From Vicinamibacterales bacterium (lineage in GTDB: Bacteria > Acidobacteriota > Vicinamibacteria > Vicinamibacterales > 2-12-FULL-66-21), in assembly GCA_035495955.1 (NCBI GenBank), contig DATJFE010000082.1, positions 45,460 through 109,459 of the forward strand: 64,000 bases of DNA, in the 5' to 3' direction. The translations under genes and the position numbers were made by a program. Position 1 is the first letter of the stretch. Every line of letters begins with the position of its first letter. Positions 28,911 to 38,142 of this stretch are shown here, piece by piece. Under the pieces are notes generated by a model that did not search any database, was not told where the DNA came from, and worked only from the letters and a program-made list of their open reading frames with translations.

Positions 28911-29115
28911 CTCCGTTCCTCCTTTTTGCCACTTTTGTGCGACCAATTGTCGTCAGCCGCTCGACCTGCGTCTGTGCAAAAGGAGACAACCGGGGTAACA
29001 GTCCGGAAAATCGGCCCGTCTTCGAACCATACACTTAAGAACAAGTTAAGACATTCTTCGGACCGGTTGAGAGGCCTTTCAGGACTTTCCGCGCCGAATC
29101 GGACACGGTCTTCCG

Positions 29116-30636
29116 ATGTCCATCTTCGCGACCAAACCCATCGAGCAGATCGAAGCCGAGCAACTCGGATCGGGCGAGGCGACGCTGAAGCGCGTTCTGG
29201 GCCCGAGTCAGCTGATCCTGCTCGGCGTCGGCGCCATCATCGGGACGGGGATCTTCGTGCTGACCGGCCAGGCCGCGGCCGCCAACGCCGGTCCCGCGAT
29301 CGTCCTCTCCATGGTGCTGGCCGGACTGACCAGTGTACTCGCGGCGCTCTGCTACTCCGAGTTCGCCGCGAGCGTCCCGGTCGCCGGCTCCGCGTATACG
29401 TACGCCTACGCCACGCTGGGCGAGTTCATCGCCTGGGTCATCGGCTGGGATCTGATCCTCGAGTACGCGCTCGGGGCGGCGACGGTCGCGGTCGGCTGGT
29501 CGGGCAACCTGGTGACGCTGCTGAACCAGTTGGGGATCGCCTTTCCTGCCGCGGTCAGCGCGGCGCCGGGGACGGTCGTGCAGCTCGCCGGCGGCGGGAT
29601 GGCCACCGGCACTGTGACCGCGGTCTTCAATCTGCCCGCCGTCCTGATCACCATCGCGGTCACGATGCTGCTCGTGATCGGAGTAAGCGAGTCGGCGACG
29701 GTCAACGCCGTCATCGTCGTCATCAAGGTCGCGGTCGTCCTGATCGTCATCGGGGCCGGCGCGATGTTCATCGAGCCGGCGAACTGGCATCCGTTCATCC
29801 CGCCGAACACGGGACGATTCGGCGAGTATGGATGGAGTGGCGTCCTTCGCGGAGCCGGCGTGATCTTCTTCGCCTACATCGGATTCGACGCCGTGTCGAC
29901 GTCGGCGCAGGAGGCGCGCGATCCGCAGCGCGACATGCCGCGCGGCATTCTCGGATCGCTGGCCGTGTGCACGGTCCTGTTCGTGCTCGTGTCGGGAGTC
30001 ATGGTCGGCATCGTGCCGTACCGGCAGATGCTGAATCAGCCGGCGCCGCTGGTCGTGGCGATTGCGGCGGCCGCCGGCCGCGCGGCGGGAACGCCCTGGG
30101 CGCCGGTAATGAACGCGCTGCAGCTCCTGTTGACGGTAGGGGCGCTCGCCGCCCTGAGCTCCGTGATGGTCGTGATGATGCTCGCTCAGCCGCGAATCTT
30201 TCTCGCGATGGCGAAAGACGGCCTGCTGCCGGCCTGGGCCGCGCGGGTCCATCCGCGATTCCGCACGCCGCACGTCTCGACGATCGTCACGGGCATCGCC
30301 GTTTCGATCGCCTCCGGGCTGACGCCGATCGGCACGCTCGGATCGCTCGTCAGCATCGGTACGCTGATGGCGTTCGTGATCGTCTCGATCGGGATCATCG
30401 TGCTGCGCAAGACGCGGCCGGATCTTCCGCGTCCGTTCAGGATGCCGCTGGTGCCGCTGCTGCCGATCCTCTCGGCGCTGGTCGCGTTCGTTCTCATGCT
30501 CGGCCTTCCGCGCGCCACGTGGGAGCGGTTGATCCTCTGGATGGCCGTCGGCATCGTCATCTATTTCACGTACGGATATCGGCGCAGCCATCTGCGGGGC
30601 GAGGCGGCCCGAGCACTGGCGACGGGCGAGGTATAA
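29116..30636 (+). CDS. Amino acid permease (APC superfamily, cationic amino acid transporter-like)
   Basis: LKRVLGPSQLILLGVGAIIGTGIFVLTGQAA...CYSEFAASVPVAGSAYTYAYATLGEFIAWVIGWDLILEY, about 12 TM helices. Confidence 0.9.
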   Translation: MSIFATKPIEQIEAEQLGSGEATLKRVLGPSQLILLGVGAIIGTGIFVLTGQAAAANAGPAIVLSMVLAGLTSVLAALCYSEFAASVPVAGSAYTYAYATLGEFIAWVIGWDLILEYALGAATVAVGWSGNLVTLLNQLGIAFPAAVSAAPGTVVQLAGGGMATGTVTAVFNLPAVLITIAVTMLLVIGVSESATVNAVIVVIKVAVVLIVIGAGAMFIEPANWHPFIPPNTGRFGEYGWSGVLRGAGVIFFAYIGFDAVSTSAQEARDPQRDMPRGILGSLAVCTVLFVLVSGVMVGIVPYRQMLNQPAPLVVAIAAAAGRAAGTPWAPVMNALQLLLTVGALAALSSVMVVMMLAQPRIFLAMAKDGLLPAWAARVHPRFRTPHVSTIVTGIAVSIASGLTPIGTLGSLVSIGTLMAFVIVSIGIIVLRKTRPDLPRPFRMPLVPLLPILSALVAFVLMLGLPRATWERLILWMAVGIVIYFTYGYRRSHLRGEAARALATGEV

Positions 30637-30674
30637 CCAAAACAGATGGGGCCCATTCGATAATTCTGTTTTGG
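30637..30674. terminator. 10-bp perfect hairpin ccaaaacaga/tctgttttgg starting at the permease stop
   Basis: 18-nt loop and no U tract. Confidence 0.35.
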
Positions 30675-30725
30675 CGATAACGAGTCGAGCGATATTCTCC
30701 CTTTGAGTTCTCGAGGGGAGGGACA

Positions 30726-30914
30726 GTGGACAAGAATACAGGCCGATTCGTCGCGGTCAATCTTACCGACACCGAATGGCACGCGCTCCGCAGCGTGGCC
30801 CCGGACCCCTGCGCCTGGATCAAGAGCCAGATCCAGCGTCTCCTGGAAGAGTCGGGCGTCCAGACGCCCCGCGAGGAGCAAGAGCACCGTTTTGCGGTAG
30901 AATTCGCCGAATAG
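30726..30914 (+). CDS. Small hypothetical protein (62 aa), possibly ribbon-helix-helix-like
   Basis: GTG start preceded by gaggggaggg. High GC3. GRFVAVNLTDTEWHALRSVA resembles an RHH beta-strand plus helix. Followed by a strong terminator. Confidence 0.55.
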   Translation: MDKNTGRFVAVNLTDTEWHALRSVAPDPCAWIKSQIQRLLEESGVQTPREEQEHRFAVEFAE

Positions 30915-30936
30915 CGACTCACTTCCGCGACCATGC

Positions 30937-30972
30937 GACCGCCGGCCAGATCGGGCCGGCGGTCTTTTTTTT
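30937..30972 (+). terminator. Rho-independent terminator (11-bp perfect GC stem plus T8)
   Basis: gaccgccggcc-agatcg-ggccggcggtc followed by tttttttt. It ends 21 nt before the lysC ATG. Confidence 0.85.
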
Positions 30973-30993
30973 GCTCAGTTTCAGGTTTCACGC

Positions 30994-32367
30994 ATGCGCG
31001 CAGTAGTCATGAAGTTCGGCGGTTCATCCGTGATAGACGGCCCGGCTATCGACCGCGTCGTGTCAATCGTCGACCGCGAACGGACTGCGGGAAGCGCACC
31101 GGTGGTCGTGGTGTCGGCGCTTGGCGGCGTCACAGACTCGTTGCTCGCGTTGGCCGACGGGGCGCGGACCGCCCGAAAACCGCTCATCGCCGAAGCCTTG
31201 AAGTCTCTGACGGACAGGCACTTCGCCGAGGCGGCGCGCGTGGCTCCTTCGACGGCATGGCTGAAGGACGCACTCCAGGGGCACCTCGATGAGCTTCGGA
31301 CGGCCCTTTCCGCGGCGATCGATACGGGCGGCCTGGCGCCATCACAGGCGGACGTCGTGGCGGCGGCCGGCGAGCTCCTGAGCAGCCGCATCGTCGCGGC
31401 CGCCATGGAGCAGCGCGGGCTCCCGGCTGTCTGGGTGGATGCCCGCGACGCCATCGTGACGGATGAAACCTATACGCGCGCGACTCCGCTGCCGGAGGAA
31501 ACGGCGCAGGCCTCGGCGGCATTGCTGCAGCCCGTCATTGATGCTGGCAAGATCCCCATCCTCGGCGGCTTCATCGGACGGACGGTTGACGGCCATACCA
31601 CGACGCTCGGCCGGGGCGGATCCGACTATTCGGCGGCGCTGGTTGGCTCCGCAATCGGGGCCGCCGAGATCCAGATCTGGACCGACGTGGACGGCATGCT
31701 GACGGCCGATCCGCGCATAGTGGCCGATGCCGAGGTGGTCAGCCATCTTTCGTTCGTCGAGGCGGCCGAGCTGGCCTACTTTGGCGCGAAGGTTCTGCAT
31801 CCGAGCACGATCTTTCCGGCGGTCTCGCGCAACATTCCCGTCCGCATCCTGAACAGCCACCGCCCGGACGGCAGCGGCACGCTGATTACGGCGGAACCGC
31901 CGGTGCGCAGTCGCCCGTTCGCGGCGCTTGCCTGCAAGCGCGGGATTACCGTCATCGACATCACGTCGACGAGGATGCTGATGGCGCACGGCTTTCTGCG
32001 CCGGGTCTTCGAAGCGTTCGAACGCAACGCGACCGCCGTCGACGTCGTGACGACATCGGAAGTGAGTGTTTCGGTCACGATCGACGATAATCGCCGCGGC
32101 GCCGACATCGTGGCGGACCTTCTTGAAATCGCGGACGTCACCGTCGAAGAGCAGATGGCGATTCTGACGGTGGTGGGCGAGAGGCTCACGACGCATTCGG
32201 CGCTCGCGGCGCGGGTGATCGGCGCGCTGACGGGTTTTCCATTGCGGATGATCTCCCAGGCGGCCTCGCGACGGAACGTGACGATCGTCCTGCCGGAAGC
32301 GTACCTGGCGCCGGCGATGATGCATCTGCACCGGGAACTGTTCGCGGTCGCGGAGCCGGCACGATGA
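30994..32367 (+). CDS. lysC: Aspartate kinase
   Basis: MRAVVMKFGGSSV, GRGGSDYSAALVG, C-terminal ACT-like region, 457 aa. Confidence 0.9.
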   Translation: MRAVVMKFGGSSVIDGPAIDRVVSIVDRERTAGSAPVVVVSALGGVTDSLLALADGARTARKPLIAEALKSLTDRHFAEAARVAPSTAWLKDALQGHLDELRTALSAAIDTGGLAPSQADVVAAAGELLSSRIVAAAMEQRGLPAVWVDARDAIVTDETYTRATPLPEETAQASAALLQPVIDAGKIPILGGFIGRTVDGHTTTLGRGGSDYSAALVGSAIGAAEIQIWTDVDGMLTADPRIVADAEVVSHLSFVEAAELAYFGAKVLHPSTIFPAVSRNIPVRILNSHRPDGSGTLITAEPPVRSRPFAALACKRGITVIDITSTRMLMAHGFLRRVFEAFERNATAVDVVTTSEVSVSVTIDDNRRGADIVADLLEIADVTVEEQMAILTVVGERLTTHSALAARVIGALTGFPLRMISQAASRRNVTIVLPEAYLAPAMMHLHRELFAVAEPAR

Positions 32368-33068
32368 AAGCTCGCGATGTTCCGCGGAAGCGACGTCTGC
32401 TGCTGATCGGCCACGGCCGCATGGGACGGCTGGTGGAGACGCTGGCCTTCGATTACGGGTTCGATGTCGCGGGCGCGGTGACGCGGAGCACGCCGGCGTC
32501 GGCGGAATGGCCCACGGCCGACGTGGCGATTGATTTTTCCGTCGCGGCCGCCGTGCCTTCGACCGTCGAGCGGCTCGCCGCGCGCGGGACGTCGATCGTC
32601 CTGGGCACGACGGGATGGCAGGCCTCCGAAGCCGCGCTCCGAAGCGCGGTCGCGGCGGGCGGCATCGGCGTGGTCGCCGCGCCGAATTTCTCGATCGGCG
32701 TCAACGTCTTTCTGGCCGTTGTCGACCGAATCGGGACGTTGATGGCGGCGCAGCCGGCGTTCGGCGCCTGGATTCACGAGCTGCACCACGCGACTAAGCG
32801 CGACGCGCCGTCGGGCACGGCGCTCGCGATCGCGCAGCGGCTTCGGCAGCACGGCTACACCGCCGATGTGCCGATTGCGTCCACGCGCGCCGGCGCGATT
32901 CCCGGCACGCACACACTCGGCTTCGACGCGCCGTCGGAGACGATCACGCTGACGCATCAGGCGCGCGATCGAGCCGCGTTCGCGCGCGGCGCGCTGGCCG
33001 CGGCATCATGGCTCGAGGGAAAACGCGGCTGGTTCACGATGACCGACGTGCTGGACTTGCAGTCATGA
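32364..33068 (+). CDS. dapB: 4-hydroxy-tetrahydrodipicolinate reductase
   Basis: LLLIGHGRMGR (NAD(P) binding), HELHHATKRDAPSGTAL signature. ATGA overlap with the lysC stop. Confidence 0.9.
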   Translation: MKARDVPRKRRLLLIGHGRMGRLVETLAFDYGFDVAGAVTRSTPASAEWPTADVAIDFSVAAAVPSTVERLAARGTSIVLGTTGWQASEAALRSAVAAGGIGVVAAPNFSIGVNVFLAVVDRIGTLMAAQPAFGAWIHELHHATKRDAPSGTALAIAQRLRQHGYTADVPIASTRAGAIPGTHTLGFDAPSETITLTHQARDRAAFARGALAAASWLEGKRGWFTMTDVLDLQS

Positions 33069-33099
33069 CGTGCGAACGAGCGATCGCGAGGAGGAAATA

Positions 33100-33999
33100 A
33101 TGAGACGACCATTCACCGGATGCGGGACCGCGCTCGTAACGCCCTTCAGGCGCGACGGGTCGCTCGACGAGGCCGGCGTCGCCCGCCTCGCGAAGCGGCA
33201 GATCGATGCCGGCATTCACTTCCTCGTGCCCTGCGGGACGACCGGCGAGTGTCCGACGCTCACTGAGGAAGAGCAGACGCGAGTCGTGGAGCTCGTCGTC
33301 GCCGAAGCCGCCGGCCGTGTACCGGTGCTTGCGGGCGCGGGCGGCTACAACACGCAGGAAGTCATCCACGCCGCGCGGCGGATGCGGGCCGCGGGCGCCG
33401 ACGGCATCCTGTCGGTCACGCCCTACTACAACAAGCCGACGCCCGAGGGGCTCTTCCAGCACTACAGCGCGATTGCCGAGGCGATCGACATGCCGATCGT
33501 CGTCTACAACGTGCCGGGGAGGACCGGGTGCAACGTCGATCCGGCCACGATCGCGCGCCTGAGCGGTGTTCGCAACATCGTCGGCGTCAAGGAAGCGTCC
33601 GGCAACATGACTCAGATGTGCGAAGTATGCGCCGCCGTCCCGGACGACTTCATCGTTCTCTCCGGCGACGATGCGCTGACGCTGCCGCTGATGGCGATCG
33701 GCGGCCGCGGGATCGTGTCCGTCGCGTCGAACGAGATTCCGGCGGAGATGAGCCGGCTCGTCGAGATCGCCGAGCGCGGCGATTTCGCGTCCGCGCGCGC
33801 GCTGCACCAGCGGCTTCTGCCGCTCCTGCTCGTGAACTTCATCGAGTCCAATCCAATTCCCGTGAAGAGCGCAATGGCCTCTCTCGGTCTGCTCGAGGAG
33901 GTATATCGTCTGCCGATGGTGCCGCCGCGCCCGGCCTCGAAACAGAAGATCGAAGCGGTGCTGCACTCGCTCGGCATCCGTGGGGGCGTGCCCGCGTGA
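33100..33999 (+). CDS. dapA: 4-hydroxy-tetrahydrodipicolinate synthase
   Basis: GTALVTPF, VPCGTTGECPTLT, ITPYYNKPT-type motif (SVTPYYNKPTPEG), VGVKEASGN. SD gaggagg precedes ATG 33100. Confidence 0.9.
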   Translation: MRRPFTGCGTALVTPFRRDGSLDEAGVARLAKRQIDAGIHFLVPCGTTGECPTLTEEEQTRVVELVVAEAAGRVPVLAGAGGYNTQEVIHAARRMRAAGADGILSVTPYYNKPTPEGLFQHYSAIAEAIDMPIVVYNVPGRTGCNVDPATIARLSGVRNIVGVKEASGNMTQMCEVCAAVPDDFIVLSGDDALTLPLMAIGGRGIVSVASNEIPAEMSRLVEIAERGDFASARALHQRLLPLLLVNFIESNPIPVKSAMASLGLLEEVYRLPMVPPRPASKQKIEAVLHSLGIRGGVPA

Positions 34000-34853
34000 C
34001 GGTGGCGGAGCTGTCGAGCGCGATCGAGCGGCTCGCGGCATCGGGGCCCGACGCTTCGCGCGACGAAGCCAGACAGATCTTTGCGACCCTTCGATCCGCG
34101 CTCTCGAACGGCTCGATCCGTGCGGCCGAGCCAGACCCGTCGTCCCCTTCCGGCTGGCGCGTCAACGCCTGGGTCAAACGCGGCATCCTCCTCGGATTCA
34201 GATTCGGCACCTCCGTCGACTTTCATCTGGCCGGGAGTCATGAGCGTTGGCCCTTTATCGACAAGGACACGCTGCCGCTCAAGCCGATTTCGCCCGATTC
34301 GGGCGTCCGCATCGTGCCGGGCGGATCCAGCGTGCGGGACGGCGCCTATCTCGGCCGCGGCGTCATCTGCATGCCTCCGATGTACGTGAACATCGGCGCA
34401 TATGTCGGCGATGAATCGCTGATCGATTCGCACGCGCTCGTGGGCTCGTGCGCGCAGGTGGGCTCGCGCGTGCACATCAGCGCGGCGGCGCAGATCGGCG
34501 GCGTGCTCGAGCCCGTTGGCGCGCTGCCGGTCATCATCGAAGACGATGTGCTCGTGGGCGGCAACTGCGGTGTTTACGAAGGGGCCATCGTCAAGCGACG
34601 GGCGGTGCTCGCGGCGGGAACGATCCTGACCGGATCGACGCCGATCTACGACGTTCCGAACGATCGCGTGATCCAGCCGGCCGCGGGCGAGCCGCTCATC
34701 GTGCCGGAGGGCGCGGTCGTGGTGCCGGGCACGCGTCCGCTGGCGAGCGGCCGCGGCGGGGAACGGGGCCTCGCGGTCGCGACGCCGATCATCGTCAAAT
34801 ACCGCGACGAGAAAACGTCGGCGAAGACCGCGCTCGAAACATGGATACGCTAG
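33996..34853 (+). CDS. dapD: 2,3,4,5-tetrahydropyridine-2,6-dicarboxylate N-succinyltransferase
   Basis: GTG start overlapping the dapA stop (GTGA). GWRVNAWVKRGILLGFR plus hexapeptide-repeat region IGAYVGDESLIDSHALVGSCAQVGSRVHISAAAQIGGVLEP. Confidence 0.8.
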   Translation: MTVAELSSAIERLAASGPDASRDEARQIFATLRSALSNGSIRAAEPDPSSPSGWRVNAWVKRGILLGFRFGTSVDFHLAGSHERWPFIDKDTLPLKPISPDSGVRIVPGGSSVRDGAYLGRGVICMPPMYVNIGAYVGDESLIDSHALVGSCAQVGSRVHISAAAQIGGVLEPVGALPVIIEDDVLVGGNCGVYEGAIVKRRAVLAAGTILTGSTPIYDVPNDRVIQPAAGEPLIVPEGAVVVPGTRPLASGRGGERGLAVATPIIVKYRDEKTSAKTALETWIR

Positions 34854-35860
34854 ACGCGATCGCGCTCGCCCGCAGCCTGATCGACATCGATTCGACGACG
34901 GGGCGGGAGCAGGCCGCGGGGGAGTGGCTCGCATCCGCCCTGCAGGATCTCGGTTATCACGTCGTCCGCCAGCCGGTCGCCGACGGCCGCTTCAACGTCT
35001 TCGCGCGCATCGACGGTCCGTCGGTCGTTCTCTCCACGCATTTCGATTGTGTGCCGCCGTTCTTCCCGAGCGACCTTCGCGACGGATTGCTGTTCGGCCG
35101 CGGGTCATGCGATGCAAAGGGGATTCTCGCCTGCCAGCTTGCCGCGGCGCAGCGCATGCGCGCGGCGGGAGAGCGCCGCGTCGGCCTGCTGTTCGTCGTC
35201 GGCGAGGAGCGCGGCAGCGATGGCGCGACTGTGGCGAATGCCGCGGCGCCGGGCTCGTGCAGATTCCTCATCAACGGCGAGCCGACCGACAACCGCCTTG
35301 GCATCGCGACGCGCGGGATCCTCCGGTTGCGGCTGACGGCGCGGGGACGCGCCGCGCACTCGGCCGCGCCCGAGCACGGCGACTCCGCCATCGACAAGCT
35401 GCTGGACGCGCTCATCCGGATGCGATCGATTCGCTGGCCTACGGATCCGGAGCTCGGCACGACCTTCTACACGCTCGGCCTGATCGAAGGCGGGATCGCG
35501 CCGAACGTGATTTCTCCTTCGGCGTCGGCGGAGGCGATGTTCCGGATCGTCGGGTCGGCCGACGAGATCCTCGAAACGGCGCGGCAGCTCGAACCGGCCG
35601 TGACCGTCGATGAGGTTCTGCGCGTGCCCATGGTCCGCCTGCACACCATCGCGGACCTGCCGTCGGCCGTGTTCCCGTTCACGACCGACATCCCTCTGCT
35701 CGACCGCTGGGGCACGCCGCTCCTGTTCGGTCCCGGATCGTTTCTGGTCGCGCACACCGACAAGGAGCATGTCCGCATCGACGACATGGCTGCCGCGATC
35801 GACCGCTACCAGCAGCTCGCGGCGTCGTGTCTCAGCTCGCCGTTGTGCGCGGGCGTGTGA
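34841..35860 (+). CDS. M20 family metallopeptidase (ArgE/DapE type); probable succinyl-diaminopimelate desuccinylase by context
   Basis: LSTHFDCVPP, GRGSCDAKG, VGEERGSDGA (metal ligands typical of M20). 13-nt overlap with dapD. Confidence 0.65.
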   Translation: MDTLDAIALARSLIDIDSTTGREQAAGEWLASALQDLGYHVVRQPVADGRFNVFARIDGPSVVLSTHFDCVPPFFPSDLRDGLLFGRGSCDAKGILACQLAAAQRMRAAGERRVGLLFVVGEERGSDGATVANAAAPGSCRFLINGEPTDNRLGIATRGILRLRLTARGRAAHSAAPEHGDSAIDKLLDALIRMRSIRWPTDPELGTTFYTLGLIEGGIAPNVISPSASAEAMFRIVGSADEILETARQLEPAVTVDEVLRVPMVRLHTIADLPSAVFPFTTDIPLLDRWGTPLLFGPGSFLVAHTDKEHVRIDDMAAAIDRYQQLAASCLSSPLCAGV

Positions 35861-35872
35861 AGCGGCGACGCG

Positions 35873-36715
35873 TCAGCATCGAAAGCGATCGAATCGGATG
35901 GGAGGAATCCGCCAGTGCGCGGCGATCGCCGCCGTCGTTCTCCGAAGGACCTCATCCATGGCGGGCGCGCTACGGCCGAGCGCGCGTAGATACACGAGAT
36001 GCGGCGCCGACTGCGCGAATGCGACTAGTGCGTCGCCCTCGTTACAGGGGTCGCAGTCGTCGGGCAGCGTCGCGCCGTGCCAGAAGCCCGCGGCCACGTA
36101 CCGATGTCCGGAAAGTATTCCCGCGCCCGCGAGATCGGCCGCCGCAGGCTGGAATTCCACCGCGTCCGCGTAGATGAGCGCATCGTCCACGGTCAACGTC
36201 GTGCGGCTCGAGATGCTTCTGAATTGCAGATACTCCTCGCGTGCGCTCCGTCCGAGGGCCCACGTCTCGACGACGGCCACGCGCGCGGACGACGAAGCGG
36301 TCACGGCGAGGGACTGGCGAAGCGCGCTGCCGGGAAAGGGGATCGTGACGGCGGGGTAATACTCGAGCGACGCGTCGCGGGCGGCGTGCAGCCGCACATG
36401 CTGTTCTGCGCGCTCGCTCGCGTCCATCGCCATGACGCGCGTAGCCGCCGTCGTCGTCACGATCACGCGCGCGCCGGTCTCGGCCGTGATGTCGATGTGG
36501 ACGGCGTCGCCGGCGCAGAGGCCGGGACCGAGCGTAATGAGCTGCACCATCGTGCGGCCGTCGGGGAGATCGAAAGGCCGTACGAGGGCCATGGGCGCGG
36601 CGGCGCGCGAGCGGCGGAGGACGGTGCGGGCGCCGCAGCGCTCGAACCTGAGGTCGACGCAGCCGTCCACGCCCGAGGACACCGGGGTCAGATCTTGATT
36701 TTCTACGCCGCGCAT
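35873..36715 (-). CDS. ureD: Urease accessory protein UreD (UreH)
   Basis: LITLGPGLCAGDAVHIDITAETGARVIVTTTAATRV...LEYYPAVTIPFPGSAL. The start is taken as ATG 36715 (gggag SD 8 nt upstream). Track start 36793 would overlap ureG by 31 nt. Confidence 0.75.
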   Translation of the reverse strand: MRGVENQDLTPVSSGVDGCVDLRFERCGARTVLRRSRAAAPMALVRPFDLPDGRTMVQLITLGPGLCAGDAVHIDITAETGARVIVTTTAATRVMAMDASERAEQHVRLHAARDASLEYYPAVTIPFPGSALRQSLAVTASSSARVAVVETWALGRSAREEYLQFRSISSRTTLTVDDALIYADAVEFQPAAADLAGAGILSGHRYVAAGFWHGATLPDDCDPCNEGDALVAFAQSAPHLVYLRALGRSAPAMDEVLRRTTAAIAAHWRIPPIRFDRFRC

Positions 36716-36758
36716 GTCCGGCGCTCCCGCCGCCCGTCGAAAATCAAGATCTGACCCC
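36684..36758. repeat. Perfect 20-bp inverted repeat ggggtcagatcttgattttc / gaaaatcaagatctgacccc with a 35-nt spacer
   Basis: Arms at 36684..36703 and 36739..36758. The spacer holds the gggag SD and the ATG (36715) of ureD. The arms are AT-richer than their surroundings. Confidence 0.9.
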
Positions 36759-36762
36759 AGTG

Positions 36763-37365
36763 TCACTCGAAGAGGACGTCTCGGCGGAGCCACGCAATCA
36801 CCTCGTCGACGCCCTCGCCGGTCTTCAGGTTCGTGAAGACGATCGGCTTGCCTCGCCGGATCGCCGCGGCGTCGCGCTCCATCACGGACAGGTCCGCCCC
36901 GACATGCGGCGCCAGATCGATCTTGTTGATCACGAGCAGATCGCTTCTCGTCACACCCGGCCCCCCCTTGCGCGGGACCTTGTCGCCGCCCGCCACATCC
37001 ACGACGTAGATGCTGACGTCGACCAGCTCGGGGCTGAACGACGCCGCCAGGTTGTCGCCGCCCGACTCCAGGAACACGATGCGCACGTCCGGGAAGCGCG
37101 CGACCGCCTCGTCGATCGCTTCCTGATTGATGGACGTATCCTCGCGGATCGCGGTGTGCGGGCAGCCGCCCGTCTGCACCCCGCGGATACGCTCGAGCGG
37201 GAGCGCTCCGGATCGCATCAGAAACTCGGCGTCTTCGTAGGTGTAAATGTCGTTGGTAATCACCGCGAGGCTATAGCGATCCCTCAGCCGCTTGCACAAG
37301 CTGTCGAGCAGCGCCGTCTTGCCCGAACCCACGGGACCTCCCACCCCGATCGTCACTCGTGACAT
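36763..37365 (-). CDS. ureG: Urease accessory GTPase UreG
   Basis: [43 protein letters not shown]. Confidence 0.95.
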   Translation of the reverse strand: MSRVTIGVGGPVGSGKTALLDSLCKRLRDRYSLAVITNDIYTYEDAEFLMRSGALPLERIRGVQTGGCPHTAIREDTSINQEAIDEAVARFPDVRIVFLESGGDNLAASFSPELVDVSIYVVDVAGGDKVPRKGGPGVTRSDLLVINKIDLAPHVGADLSVMERDAAAIRRGKPIVFTNLKTGEGVDEVIAWLRRDVLFE

Positions 37366-37410
37366 CGCGACTCCCGACGATGAAAACGCGGCCCGTTGCT
37401 CCCCACACCG

Positions 37411-38142
37411 TCACGATTGGAACAGCCGAGTGTGCAGGCCGGCCTGCTGATGGCTTCGGATGTCGAGCGCCGGCGCGCTCGTGAACATCGAGCCATCCGG
37501 ATCGTCGCACGCGCGTTCGACCGCCTCGACGATCCGCGGATGCGATTCCACGAGCAGCGCCTGCGCCTGCTCGGGACTGACCGGCATGCAGCGCACCGCC
37601 GCCGCCAGCGTCCCCATCGCGAGACTCTGCGCGTAGGCGAGCAGCAGATCGCGCGCATCGACGCCGAGGTGCCGGGCCGCCGCGCCGATCACGACCGCAT
37701 GATGCGGACGGGGAAGGTCCAGCGGGATTTCCGGATAGAGCCGACGGAGAAGCGCGAGCGTCCGGCGCCCGAGCCTGATGCTGGCCTCTCGGACGGCCGG
37801 GACCACCTTCAGCGCGTCGAGCCGGACGGACAGATCCTCCAGCGCGCGCGAAGCCGGAACCGTCTCCGTTCTGGAGACTGTGAGCGTCCCGGTTTCGGGG
37901 CCGGCCGCCTTCCACGCCAGATGCGACGCCGCGAGGTCGCTTCGTCCCCACCCCAGGTCGATCTGCGCGCCAAGCACCTGGCGGAGCTCAGCCAGCCCGC
38001 CGCCCTGTGCCGCATAGGTTTCAATGCCTCCCGAATGCGCGAAGGCACCGATCGGGAACTGGGAATCGAACAACTGCAGCAGCCGAAGCACCGCGAGATC
38101 GCGAGTCGCCCCGCCGAAGCCCGAATCGTCGGCGCGGCTCAA
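37411..38142 (-). CDS. ureF: Urease accessory protein UreF
   Basis: LRLLQLFDSQFPIGAFAHSGGIETY. Confidence 0.85.
   Translation of the reverse strand: MSRADDSGFGGATRDLAVLRLLQLFDSQFPIGAFAHSGGIETYAAQGGGLAELRQVLGAQIDLGWGRSDLAASHLAWKAAGPETGTLTVSRTETVPASRALEDLSVRLDALKVVPAVREASIRLGRRTLALLRRLYPEIPLDLPRPHHAVVIGAAARHLGVDARDLLLAYAQSLAMGTLAAAVRCMPVSPEQAQALLVESHPRIVEAVERACDDPDGSMFTSAPALDIRSHQQAGLHTRLFQS

Noticed and set aside
28950-29115. Riboswitch (lysine or glycine type) in the 205-nt spacer upstream of the amino acid permease
   Set aside because: I looked for L-box (AGAGGNGC, GGGGAGCGTCGCCGAAG-like) and glycine (GGAGAG...CACCG) cores. Only loose resemblances were found, with no terminator or sequestor hairpin.
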